64,000 nt of DNA, from the NCBI GenBank assembly GCA_026770705.1, contig JANJGN010000042.1, positions 6,076,001-6,140,000 on the forward strand, read 5' to 3'. Source of the stretch: Isurus oxyrinchus (Eukaryota). The position numbers were made by a program, and so were the translations under genes. Every line of letters starts with the position of its first letter. The stretch's first letter is position 1. Positions 52,150-64,000 of this stretch are shown here, piece by piece. Below the pieces are notes generated by a model that did no database searches, was not told the DNA's origin, and saw only the letters and a program-made list of their open reading frames with translations.

Positions 52150-54560
52150 ATAAAATTGTGAAACATTTTCAATGATATGTTAATGGACCTGACACAGGAT
52201 GATTGGAATCATAAATTGATAGTTAAAACCACAAACGTATAATAGATCTTTAAAGAGAAAATGGCTCGGGTACAGGGTAGACACATTTCCATGAAATGAA
52301 AGGGAAGAACATCAAACTGGAATTCCATGAATGACTAAACGTAGAAATTAATATGAAGCAGAATCGCAATGCTTATGGGAAATGTATGTTTCATAAGTAC
52401 AGAAGCAAATTGAGCATATAATGTAAAGGGCGAACGAGAAAAACAGAATAATAGTGGCAATGTATGTGAATATATATATGCCTTTAAAATAAAAGGCAAA
52501 CTCAAAGTGTTTCATAACTTCTTTTATGAGCACCTAAGCAGTAGGATTGTCAAAGGAAGTGTGAGGATAATTAGGCACCGAAACCTATATTGTTCTGGCG
52601 GTAAAGGGCGTGGCAGAGGCAAAAATAAATAGTTTACTTGTGCCTTCACTGAAAAAGTTGCTTAATTCTGTCAATGTCACAGTAAGTTGGGGGCACTAAG
52701 GAAACTGAAGAGATTCGATATATTTAAAAACGTTACTTAAATGTTAGCAGCGCTTAAAGAAGAAAAAAATCACATGGACGGATGGAATGCTGATAGAAGC
52801 AAGTGATGAAACAGTTAAAGCTACCACCACAGCCTTCAAACCTCCTTAGATATGACAGTGGTCCTGGAAGACTGGGTGTTCCAAAATGTTGTACCCGGGC
52901 ACACAAAGCGGAGAACTTGAAAAATGCAGCCAATCAGCCCAGAAGTAGAAATGTGGAAAACTGTACAGACGATAATGCGGCGAAAATTAATTGGTACTCT
53001 CATTAGTTACAAGCAAACGGAGTTTGTTAAAGGAAAATTATGTTTAACTATCTTGGATGAATTTTTGATGGTGTAGCAGAGACGGTTGTTGAGCTCAGTG
53101 CAGGTGATGCTGAGTATATGGACCTACAAATATTGTTTGCTTAAGCATCAAAACTAAAGTCCACGGGGTTAAAATGGAGGCGACAGGCTGAATACAAGAT
53201 TTGGGAAGGGATAGAAGTCACCAAATAATGGTTCTGAATTATTGTTTCTGATTGGAAGAAATTGCCCGTTGTCAGCCCGGGGCGGTTTGAGAACTATTGT
53301 TCTTTCTGATACATATTAATGACCTGGACTCAGGGATACGGGGCAGAATTTCAAAGATTTCAGATGGCATGCAATGTGTAAATATAATGAAGAGCTAACG
53401 TAGTCTGACTGGTCAACTGGGTTGATGCATTGCAGGTTCTGTTAAATGCAGGGAAGTGTTGTGGTATAGGTTTTTGATGGATGAATGAGAAATTGTAACA
53501 AAAACTAAATAATCAGTTCTTAGTCGGTGGAGAAGGGGACTGGAATCGAGCGACCTGGGGCCGCATGCACAGTGATCTTGAAGGTGGCAGACATTTGCAG
53601 TTGTTTCATAAAGCATAAGGTAATAAGGTTATGCTAAACTTAAAATAATGTCAGGAAGAAATATTAATCGATGCAATGTAATTGTTTTTTTAAATAGGGG
53701 TTTAGTCTGTGTGTGTTAATTGGACTAAAGGCAGCTTGCCTGCCTGCTTTGATGTATACTAATTTTGAGATGTAAACAGTATGCTAGGGTGCATTTGCAT
53801 TTTGTTGAATGCAGCATTCGAGAAGCAGAGCGAAAACTTGCACTAAGCCAAGAGAAACAAAGCAATGTCTATATTACTAACAAAATTGGTATTGTGAAAG
53901 GCGTTCAAATGACCTGGTGATAGAATGAACAACTGCATTCAAAGGGGAAGGCTCGGTATATGCGTAAGAGTTCTGTGTGTTAAACCAGAGTCATGTAAGG
54001 TCAAAAGCTGTAAGCCTACAGCTGCCTGCAAAGGAACCAACTTGAAAGGAAACTCATTTTCAATTCATAAGATGAAATTGCTTTGCCGGGGCTCTGGTTA
54101 AGTCTATTGGCTATTTTTGCCTTCTTGGAGATTAATTTGGAAATTTGTTATAAGTTATGTTAATAATTTGTAGAAATGTTTATGTGTTCAATGCCTTGTT
54201 GTCTATTCATAAATGTATCATTTAGTTTGATATAATAACCACTGAAGGGTTGAGGGGGTTCATTTCTGAATTCAGAGTTGCATCTCAAACGCACCAATTG
54301 AAAATGTAGATAATGACAGTTGTTTAAAGTTTCCATCTGGGATTTTAAAGGTTAGCCTTTATCAACAGTTGTGTCATAACAGTAAGAATAGTGCTTAAGA
54401 ACCATTTGGAATAATGTGCCTAATTATGTGAACTGCAGATAAGGGATGATGTTAACATCTTAGCAAGGGCATAGAGGAAATAAGCTATAATAGTACATGT
54501 GACACGGGATTTAACTTATGAAGCAACTTAGATGAACTTGGATTGTTATCATTAGCCGAT
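52150..54560 (+). mobile_element. Old CR1 LINE remnant in the J-C intron, interrupted at 53677-54381
   Basis: gagtttgttaaaggaaaattatgtttaacta, gatgctgagtatatggacctacaaa and atacatattaatgacctggac (RT motifs), all heavily decayed. Confidence 0.65.
53677..54381. mobile_element. Probable solo LTR (705 bp)
   Basis: Ends TGTAAT...ATAACA, flanked by gcaa/gtaa (possible 4-bp TSD with one mismatch). Interrupts CR1 sequence. Confidence 0.5.
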
Positions 54561-54779
54561 GCGAACAAAAACATTTGGAGTGAGCTGATGTGCCGCTTCA
54601 TCTTGTTCCACCATTTGATGATATCATGAATGATTTGAGTGTGTCCTAAATTCTTTTTTGCTGTCGAATATGAATCCCATTATTTCAGAAAATTTTGTTT
54701 GAAAATGTTTCCAGGTGAAGTTACAAAACCATAGTGCTCCATAAACATGAAAGATAAAACAGGTTATCGATAGCAGTTA

Positions 54780-55720
54780 ACAAACAAAACTTGGACTTAC
54801 ATTATCTTCAGCGCAATGAAACTTCCCAATGCACTTCAGAGGAGTCTTAAAAGCCAAACCAATGAGATACGTAAGGTGATAATTAGGAGAATGGCTAATG
54901 TTTGGTTAAAAAAAACGCTGGATAAGGGGTGAAGTTTCGAGAGGGAATTCTAGTGCTTCGGTCCTTAGGGCGGGCAGGGGTGCAATTAAAATCAGAGAAG
55001 CTTTATTTGGCAGGCCCACATTTTTGGAAACTTACGTAGCTGGATGACTTTACAGGGTGTGGGATGTTCAAGATCATGGATGGATGGGAATTTAAAAATC
55101 AATGCTTTGGTTGAACGGGGCACAATGCCATTCAGCAAGCAGAAGGTGATTGGTGAATGGTACTTAAAGTGATTAATACACGGGCAGTAGTTTTCGATGA
55201 CCTAAAGTTCACTGAGGATAGAATGTGGGCTATTGGCTACAAGTGCATTGGAATAGCCAAATCTAAAGGGAATAAAGGTATGAATGAAGCTGCAGCATAG
55301 ATTGTGGAGAAGTGTGAGCGGAGTGGGAAGATCTTCCTGAGGTTTAAATAGACTGTCGGAGCAATGGAGCAAATATATGGTCAGAAACTGGTCTTGGGGT
55401 CAAATAATTACACCAAAGTGGCAAAGACTGTGATACAGCCTCAGCCATTGACAGACAGAGGGGTGGAACCGGCTTCAAGGGAGTGGAATGTGCAGCTGGT
55501 TCTGAAGATTACGGCTTCAGCATTCCCGATATTTAGTTGGGCGAAATTACTGTTAATCTAGGACTGAATGTCGGGCATTAGTCTGGCAATTTCATGACAT
55601 TGGAGGAGTCGATAGTGGTGGTGGTGGTGTAGAATTCAGCATCATCATCATAGAGGTGAAAATTAATGGTGTGGTTTCAGATAACATCGCCGAGGGGCAG
55701 GGTTTAAATGGGAAATGACA
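54780..55720 (-). mobile_element. Decayed L2-like LINE
   Basis: The minus strand near 55650 reads cacctctatgatgatgatgct (HLYDDDA, a decayed YADD motif). Similar to 45410-46200. Confidence 0.6.
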
Positions 55721-56570
55721 GAGAAAGAATCAATGTGCATTCAATATTTGACAATCACTACTTAGCAGAGCAAAAGTGAAGAAATATTAGACCTACATCA
55801 CTGACAACAGTTAAGTCATAAATTAACAAGTGCTCACAATCAGCGTTTGCTGCAGGTCAACCCACAATGCCCAATACACGCGTTGGGACTCTTAAAGTAC
55901 CAAGCACTATAAAATTGGTCTTATCGTAAAACCCCTAAATTGGGCCCGAGCCATTTGCTCTCTATGTAAGCTTGATGCTTGTGGATCCTCCGCAGCAGAG
56001 CCTCTACCAATCAGAGCCATTTTCCAACATTCAGCAATCTTTAATGAACAAAACAAAGAGGAGCAGGAGTAGGCCATTTGGCCTCTCAAGCCTGCCCCGT
56101 CTTTCAATAAAATGAGAACTGATCTGCCCCAGGCCACAACTCCTCTTTCTTGCCAGCTCCTCATAGCTCTCAACTTCCTGATATTGCAAAAGCACATCCA
56201 TCTCCTCTTTAAGTACTTTCGGTAGCCTAGCCTCCACAACACTCTGGGGTAAAGAATTCCAGGCATTGACTACCCTCTGAGAGGCCAAATTCCGTTGCAT
56301 CTCATCTTCAAATGATTGTCCCTTTATTTTCTAACCATGTCCCCTAGTTTTAGATTTCCCCAGTGGTGGAAATATTTTCTCAACGCCTACCCTGCCAAGC
56401 AACCTCAGGATTTTGTGCGTTTCACTAAGATAACACTCATTCTTCAAAACTCTAATGGATAAAGGCCGAAACTGTTTAGCCATTCTTGATAAGTCAACTC
56501 CTTCATTCCATGAATCAGCCCAGTGAATATCTTTTGAACTGCCTTCAATGCGACTACTTCCTTTCTTAAA

Positions 56571-58255
56571 TGTGTTGAATGAATACTTCTCATGCGTCTT
56601 CACAGAAGAGAATGAGGATGAAAAGTTCGAACTATTGGAGAGAGATTGCGAGGTTGTTAAGCAAATTGACATTGGGACTGACAAGATATTGGAGTTGTTG
56701 GCAGGCTTAGAGGTGGACAAACCTCCAGGTCCAGATGATTTATGTCCCAAACTGCTGAGGGGGGCAGGTATCTGGCCCAAATTTTTAATTCCCCTATGGC
56801 CATCGGGGATGTGCCTGAGGACTGGAGAACAGCGAATTTGGTTCCGCTATTGAAGAAGGGGTATGGAGATAAGCCAGAAACCTACACACCAGTGAGTCTC
56901 ACATCAGTGGTAGGGAAACTATTGGAGAAAATTCTGAAGGATAGAACCGACCTACATTTGGAGAGGCAAGGCTTGAACAGGGATATTCAGCATGGCTTTG
57001 TCAGAGGGAGGCCATGCCTAACAAATTTGCTTCACTTTTTTGAGAAGGGGACCAGGCGGGTAGATGAGGGTACTGCTGTTGATGTAGTTTATGTGGATTT
57101 CAGCAAATCCTTTGATTAGTTCCCACATGGGAGACTTATACAGAGGGCAAATGCGCATGGGATACAGGGTAATTTATAAGGTGGATTCAAAATTCGCTTA
57201 GTTGTCTGAGACAGAGGGTGATGACACAGGGATGCTTTAGTGACTGGAAACCAGCGTCCATTGGCGTACCACAGGGATGTGTGCTGGGTCCCCTTTTATT
57301 CATCATTCATATAAACGGCATATAAGACTATGTGGGGGGTAGGATTAGTGAGTTTTCGGATGGCACAAAGATTTCCCAGATGTTTAACAGTGAGGTAGGG
57401 TGTCTTGGGTAACAGGAATATATGTAAAGGATGGTCAAATGGGCAGATAAGTGGTGGATGGGATTTAACCCTGAAAAGTATGAGGTGATATGCTTTGGAA
57501 GGAGTAATTTGACAAGGAAGAATTCAAATGAAAGGCACGACAGGAGGAAGTTCTGAGGAACAAAGGGGCCTTGGCGTGTGTGTCCCTAGATGTCTGAAGG
57601 CGGAGCGTCATGTTCGTCGGGTGGTGAAAAAAGCATATAAGACACTTGCCTTTATCAATCGAGGCATAGATTACAAAACTAGGGAGGACATCTTGGAGAA
57701 GTATAGAACCTTGGTGAGGCCACAGCTGGAGTAACATGTGCAGTTCTGGTCTCTCCATGATTGCAGTGGAGGAGGTGCAGAGGAGATTCACCAGGATGAT
57801 GCCTAGGATGAAACATTTAAGTTATGAAGAGAGGTTGTATGGACTGGGTTTGTGGTCGTTGGAGCAGCGAACATTGAGGGGCGTTCTGATCGAGGTGTAC
57901 AAGATTATGAGGTGCATATACAGGGTGGATAGGGAACAGCTGTTCTCCTTAGTTGAAGGGTCAGTCACGAAGGGACATAAGTTCATGGTGAGGGGCAGGA
58001 GGCTTAGGTGGGATGTGAGGAAAAACATTTTTACCCAGAGGGTTTTGACATTCTGGAATGCGCTGAATTGGAGGGTGGTGGAGGCAGGTTGCCTCACATC
58101 CTTTAAAAAGTTCCTGGATGAGCACTTGGCACATCATAACATTTAAGATTATGGGACATGTGCTGGTGAATTGGATTAGGTAGGTAGATCTCACGTGTCG
58201 GTGCAGACTCGATGGGCCAAAGGGCCCCTTCTGCACTGTGTGATTCAGTGATTCT
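56571..58255 (+). mobile_element. CR1 LINE (RT to tail), nested insert
   Basis: VLNEYFSCVFTEE..PGPDDL; VPEDWRTANLVPL..QHGFVRGRPCLTNL..YVDFSKSFD; tail ctgcactgtgtgattc. Confidence 0.9.
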
Positions 58256-58449
58256 CTGAAAATCAGGAACCAAAACTACAGACAGTGCTCCAGGTGCGGC
58301 CTCAACAAGGCCCTCCACATTTGTAAAAATACTTCCTGTTTTTACACTTTAACCCCCTAGCAATACAGACCAAAATCCATTTGCCTTATTAATCACCTGT
58401 TGCACCTGTTTGATAACTTTGTTTTTGTGCTTCATGTGCAATGTTGTTC

Positions 58450-59815
58450 CACCGGTGAGTGGTATGGAAATTATTGGAGAAGATTCTTTGTGACAGGATG
58501 TACTAGCATTTGGATGCAAATGGGTGTATTAGTGAGAGGCAGCATGGTTTTTGAAGGAAAGGTCGTGGTCTCACTAACTTGACCGAGTTTCCGAGGAAGT
58601 GACAAAGATGATCGACGATGGAAGGGCGGTGGATTCTATCTACATAGATTTCAGTAAGGCCTTTGACAATGTCCCTCATTGCAGACTGGCACAGAAGGTA
58701 AAGTCGCACGGCATCAGATGTGAGTTGGTAAGATGGATGCAGAATTGCCTTGGTCATAGAAGACAAAGGGTAGCAGTGGAAGGTTGCTTTTCTGAATGGA
58801 GAGGTGTGATCGGTGGATTTCCACAGTGATCAGTGATGGGACATTGGTTGTTTGTAGGATATGTAAATAATTTGGAAGAAAATGTTACTGGGTTAATCAG
58901 TAAGTTTGCAGACGACACTAATTTTGGAGGAGTTGCAGATAGTGAAGAGGATTGTCAAAGGATACAATGGGATATAGATAGGTTGGAGACTTGGGCGGAG
59001 AAATGGCACATGGAGTTTAATCCCGACAAATGGGAGGTATTGCCTTTTGGAAAGTCTAATACAGGTAGGAATTATACAGTAAATGGCAGAAACTTTGAGT
59101 GAATCGACGGGCAAAGGGATCTGGGTGTACAGATCCACAGGCCACTGAAAGTGGCAACACAGTTGGATAACATAGTCATGAAGGCATATGGCATGCTTGC
59201 CTTCATCAGCAGGGTTATTGAATCTTAAAGCCTGGAAGTCATGCTGCAGCTGTATAGAACCTTGGTTAGGCCAGACTGGGATTATTGCTTGAAGTTCTCG
59301 TCACCACATTACTAGAAGGATATGGAGGCGTTGGAGAGGGTGCAGAGGAGGTTTTGCAGGATGCTGCTGGTCTGTAGGTTATTGTATATGAAGAGAGGTT
59401 GGAGAAACTCGGATTGTTCTCATTAGAACAACAGAGATTGAGAGGCGACTTGATAGAAGTTTACAAAATTATGAGTGGCATGAACAGAGTAGATAGAAGC
59501 TTTTTTTCCCAGGGTGGAAGAGTCAATTACTAGGGGACATATATTGAAGGTGAGAGGAGAAAACTTAATAGGAGATGAGCAGGGCAAGCTTTTTACCCAG
59601 AGTGTAGTGAGTGTCTGGAATTTGCTGCCAGAGGAGGTGGTGGAAGCAGGTACGATAGTGGTGTTTAAGAGGCAGCTTGACAAATACATGAATAGGATGG
59701 GAATAGAGGGATATGGACCCCGGAGTTGTACAATGTTTTAGTCTGACAAGCAGTATGATCGGCGCAAGCTTGGAGTGCCGAAGGTCCTGTTCCTGTGCTG
59801 TACTTTTCTTTGTTA
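58450..59815 (+). mobile_element. CR1 LINE (RT to tail), nested insert
   Basis: YIDFSKAFDNVPH; ISKFADDT; VWNLLPEEVVEAG; tail cctgttcctgtgctgtac. Confidence 0.9.
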
Positions 59816-60305
59816 TTGGTTCTATAACTACCAGATCCGTCTCTGCTGCACGTTTTTGGAGCATCTCTCAATTTAAATAATAGTCTGACTTTTGCTTCTT
59901 CCTACCATAGTGCATAACCTCACACTTTTCTGCAGTAAGCTATATCTGCAAGTTTTTCCCACTTACTCAACCCATCTATATTCCCTTGCCAATTGATTAT
60001 GCGTTCATCACAACATGCCCTCCCACCTATTTTATATTGTCTGCAAATTTGGATATATCACACTCTGCCCCGACTCCAAGTAATTAATATTGATAGTAAA
60101 TAATTGAGGCCCTTGGACTGAACTTTGTGGTTTTTCCACCTGAAAAAAAACATTAAATACCGATTCCTTATCTTCCCTGTGATAGTCAATCCTTAATCCA
60201 TGCTAATGCATTACCCGCAATACGTGAGCTCCTGGCTTGTGCGTCTGTTTTGTCATGCGGTATAAATATGTCATTTCCCCTGAGAGTAAAAAATTTCTTG
60301 CGAAC

Positions 60306-60339
60306 TATCCTGATGAGTGCAAGACGAAAATCATCGACA
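60306..60339 (+). ncRNA. Minimal hammerhead ribozyme-like motif in the IgNAR J-C intron
   Basis: tatc-CTGATGA-gt(gcaag)ac-GAAA-atc-ATC-gaca. Core boxes are perfect but the stems are weak. Confidence 0.55.
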
Positions 60340-61289
60340 GAAAAATCATTTTTTCAGCAATATTTGAATTGTTATTCAAGACCTGACTTCCTTTATGACA
60401 ATATTCCCATTCTCATGTGTTGCTTGTAACAGGCTGAGTGGGAGCAGATATGGAGCTGACTGCAAGAATGTTGGGTGGCATCCTGTTTTTCATTCTGCTG
60501 GCCAGCAGATATAAGGGGTCCATTAATATTTAATTTAACACCACTGCAGCCACCTCCATACCTGCTCCCAGGCAGCTTTCATAAGCAGAAATATAACATG
60601 CAAGCAATAATGGTGCATTAGTTTCATACCTGCTCCGACTGATCCCTTTCTACCAATGTACTTCTTTTAAAATAGCTTGAGGAAAGTTCCAATTTCCATA
60701 GCTACCTGCAACAGGCATTGGTGATAAATCATTAAAATAAATTTCAAATGCGTACTACCGGTTTGTGGATTCCATCCTGAGCAGTCTCCACGCCCGCTAA
60801 TATCGGCCCTAAATAAATAAATAAACAGCTTTCTAAGTTCACAGCCAAATTTCCATTATTACAGGGTCGGGTTGGATGAAGGACATGGACTTTTGCCGAG
60901 CCCTTGGAAGCGAAATGCAACTTCCTGATTAGAGCATAAATTGACTCCCAATAGTTGCAGTTCAGTTCCCTCCCGCTTAAGCGGTGACCTTCTCATATGT
61001 GCGCCGATATGACGGAAGGAAATTCCAGGAAATTTTATTGTATTATGTGAACGGGTCGGTAAAGCTTCAATTGCTGTTATTAAGATAATAATAATATTGA
61101 TAATCTCTAATCTGTCCGCCATTTGTGTTGCACCCGGTGCAGACTAGGGCCGTGAGTCATTCATATTATCTTAAGAATCTGGCCTCTATTTTAGGTAAGA
61201 TTTCAGGTGGTGTCACATTCCATTGCATTGCTACGATAATAATAGAAATGACAATTAACAAAGCGCAAATATTCCAATAAATAATTGAG

Positions 61290-61535
61290 GAAAAAGTTGA
61301 ATTTCTATTGTGTCTTCCAGGTCCTCAGAACACCACATAGCGCCTTACAAACTATGAGATTATTTTTGAAGCGCAGGCACCATTGTCCTGTAAGAAACCC
61401 GGCAGTTAATTTGCTCATACCAAGCTCCTATAATGAGCCTGTGACTGCAATATCTGATTTAGATTTTGGCCAAGGGATAAATACTGGTGGAGATATGTTG
61501 GAAACGATTTATCGTACTTTTAGTAAAGAACTAAG
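61290..61535 (-). mobile_element. Deu-type SINE 3' fragment abutting the C1 acceptor
   Basis: Similar to 24520-24700 and 14295-14460 (cagttaatttgctcat, agggataaatactgg). Confidence 0.5.
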
Positions 61536-61557
61536 ATGTTTTTTTTTCTAATTTTAG

Positions 61558-61872
61558 GGCCGACTCCTCCAATAATAAGTCTCTTCTACCTCGAAAATTC
61601 CGAACTGAGAGCAAAGGGTTTTGTGCAGCTGCTTTGCCTCATCAGGGAGTACAAGCCAGAAAGCATTGGGGTGACCTGGCAAAAGAACGGAAATAGCATA
61701 GACTCTGGCTTTACCACTACGCCCCCAGCTAAATCATCGAAAGGAGACTTCAGCTCCACGAGCTTCCTGAATGTGCCTCTTCAGGAATGGAGCAGCGGTT
61801 CCGTGTACAGATGCCAAGTGACCCATTCCGCAACCAACAGTAACAAGCAGAAAGAAATTCGATCAACGTCAG
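61558..61872 (+). CDS. IgNAR: IgNAR constant domain C1 exon
   Basis: Acceptor ttttag ends at 61557; donor gtgagg at 61873; 315 nt, phase 1-1. GPTPPIISLFY..FVQLLCLI..VTWQKN..VPLQEWSSGSVYRCQVTHSATNSNKQKEIRSTS matches IgNAR C1 as I recall it from nurse shark. Confidence 0.95.
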
Positions 61873-62269
61873 GTGAGGAAATGGAACCAGTTCATACGGT
61901 TTGCAGATGTCAAACATGGTTACTTTATTAGCATCTGATTAATTGGGATTGTTATTGCAATAATTTATCATTTCGGATTCAAGGTCCTGGAACAGGCAAC
62001 ACTGAGTGTGATCAGTGACAGAGCAAGATGCAGTGAAACACTACAATAAAATTTGCTGGAAGAGTTTCAGCAGCATTGACCAATGCATTTGATGGTGCTC
62101 TTTCAAAAAGGTAGTGAGTGTCATGAACGGCCGAATGGTCTCCTGCTGCTCTCTCGCATTCTGTATTGCACCGGCAATGCCTGAAGTTCAGGATGGTGCT
62201 CATAGTCGGGCGAATTTTGCAAAATTCTTTTCCATGGCGCCTTCTGATGAATGTTATGCTCTGGTTAAT

Positions 62270-63570
62270 GTGCACATTGAGCATAATCTTGCTTTGAGCA
62301 TTGAGCATATTGACTTCTTTGAAAATGTGACAAGCAAAGTGGGCAATGGTGATCCTGAAGATGTAATATATCTGGACTTCCAGAAGGCCTTTCTTAAGGT
62401 GCCACACAAAAGATTAATACACAAAATAAGATTACACGGTGTTAGGGGTAACACATTAGCTTGGATAGAGGATTGGCATAACCAACAGAAAGCAGAGATT
62501 CGGGATAAATGGGTCTTTTTCTGGATAGCAAGCTGTAACAACTAGTGGTGTGCCCCGCGGTTCGGTCCTTGGGCCCCAACTATTTACCATCTATGTTAAT
62601 AACTTGGATTCAGAGATAGGAGATACCATAACCAAATTTGCAGATGACATCAAAATAGGTGGGAAAGTAAATTGCAATGAAAAAGAAATAAATTTACAAA
62701 TGGATATGGACAGGTTAGGTGAATAGGCCGAGATTTTGCAGAGGGAGTTTAACGTGGATAAGTGTGAGGTTATCCATTTTGGTCGAAAGAATAAAAAGGC
62801 TACTTATTGTTTAAATGGAGAGAAACTTCAGAATCCTTCAGTGCAGAGGGATCTGGATATCCTTGTGCATGAATCGCTGAAAGGTAGCATGCAGGTACAG
62901 CAGGTAATAAGGAAGGCAAATGGAATTTTGGCATTTATTGCTCAAAGCATAGAATATAAAAATAGGGAAGTGTTTGTTGCAAGTAGGCAAGGCATTGGTG
63001 AGACTGCACCTGGGGTATGGTGCACAGATTCACCCTTACTTGAGGAAGGATATAGCTGCACTGGATGTGGTTCAGAGGAGGTTCACTCGATTGATTCCAG
63101 CGATGCGAGGCTTGTCTTAAGAGGAGAGATTGAGCATTTTAGGCCTATACTCGCTAGAGTTTAGAAGGATGACAGGAGATCTAATTGAGGTATATAAGAT
63201 GCTAAAGGGGATAGACAAAGTAGACATGGAGCGGATGTTTCTCTTTCTGGGGCTTTCTAGAACAGGAGACCATAGCTTTTGTCTAACGGGTGGTAGTGTT
63301 AAATCAGAGATGAGGAGGAATTACTTTTCTCAAAACGTCGTGAACCTGTGGAATTCACCACCTCAGAGTACAGTTGATGCTGGGACGCTGAATAAATTTA
63401 AGGAGGAGATAGACAGATTTTTAATTAATAATGGGTTTAAAGGTTATGGGGAGAGGGGGGAAATTGGAGTTGAGGCCAAAATGAGATCGGCCATGATCGT
63501 ATTGAATGGCGGGGCAGGCTCGAGGGGCTGAATTGCCAACTCCTGCTCCTCGTTCTCATGTTCTTATAAC
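62270..63570 (+). mobile_element. CR1 LINE RT and 3' end in the intron after C1
   Basis: DVIYLDFQKAFLKVPHKRL; KFADD; [20 protein letters not shown]. Confidence 0.92.
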
Positions 63571-64000
63571 CTATTTTGATATTATGATAAAAAAAAATGT
63601 TGACACACCCTACCCACTGAATTCACCAAATTTCTGCAGGCAAAATAGAACAGAGAATTACAGCAAATGGATATATTTTCAACACAATCTGTCAAACTGT
63701 AAAGCCTCATTCAGATAATCGTTCCAATTGCCAGAGTGGATTCTATTTGCTGCTGAGTATCGGTACCAAAATTTGCATGTAAGATGAAACGGAAGAATGG
63801 AGCAGAGAGAAAGCAAGGGCAGAGAAATAGACAATGGAATTAACCTGTCACTGGCAGGAAGTTCCGGATCAGTAGACCCCAGCACTGCCAGCCACAGAAT
63901 CGGGGTGAGGTGTGGGGGCTGGGCAAGGTTTTTGGGGGGGTGCAGAGCAGGGGAGGTTGGTGGTTGGATCACATCCCCGCCAATCGCAGCAGCCCCTGAA

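Larger units (their letters stand above)
56045..60240 (-). mobile_element. Minus-strand CR1 split into three pieces (about 56045-56570, 58260-58442, 59825-60240)
   Basis: Peptide SQRVVNAWNSLPQSVVEA. Sequence reads continuously across both + strand inserts. Confidence 0.75.

Noticed and set aside
49183-61557. Class-switch (S) region or additional J segments in the J-C intron
   Set aside because: No tandem AGCT/G-rich array, and I saw no further RSS plus GxGT motif.
61873-61931. C1 read-through tail as a short secreted isoform
   Set aside because: There is a good donor at 61873, and I saw no nearby AATAAA or secretory-tail motif.

Overview
This is eukaryotic DNA from a cartilaginous fish (shark), judged from its IgNAR gene and repeat content. 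The one intact functional locus is the 5' half of a germline, unrearranged IgNAR (new antigen receptor, heavy-chain-only antibody) cluster on the + strand. It comprises an octamer/TATA promoter (47231-47270), leader exon (47364-47406), V exon (47549-47820; type II-like, CDR1 Cys), D1 (48077-48092), D2 (48348-48359), D3 (48741-48752), J (49135-49182), a 12.4-kb J-C intron and the C1 exon (61558-61872). All RSSs obey the 12/23 rule, and C2-C5 lie beyond the window. Upstream are a two-exon GPR139/142-like class A GPCR pseudogene (6902-9978) and a near full-length Penelope-like retroelement (1363-4657) nested in a CR1 LINE. There is also a 17-copy 68-bp minisatellite (20391-21546) whose unit reads as a 23-RSS-like signal. 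The rest is decayed CR1/L2/L1 LINEs, SINEs, a probable solo LTR and Penelope-type termini carrying minimal hammerhead ribozyme motifs. Ig and GPCR coordinates were counted base by base. Most repeat boundaries and family names are approximate and come from pattern recognition, with no database search.
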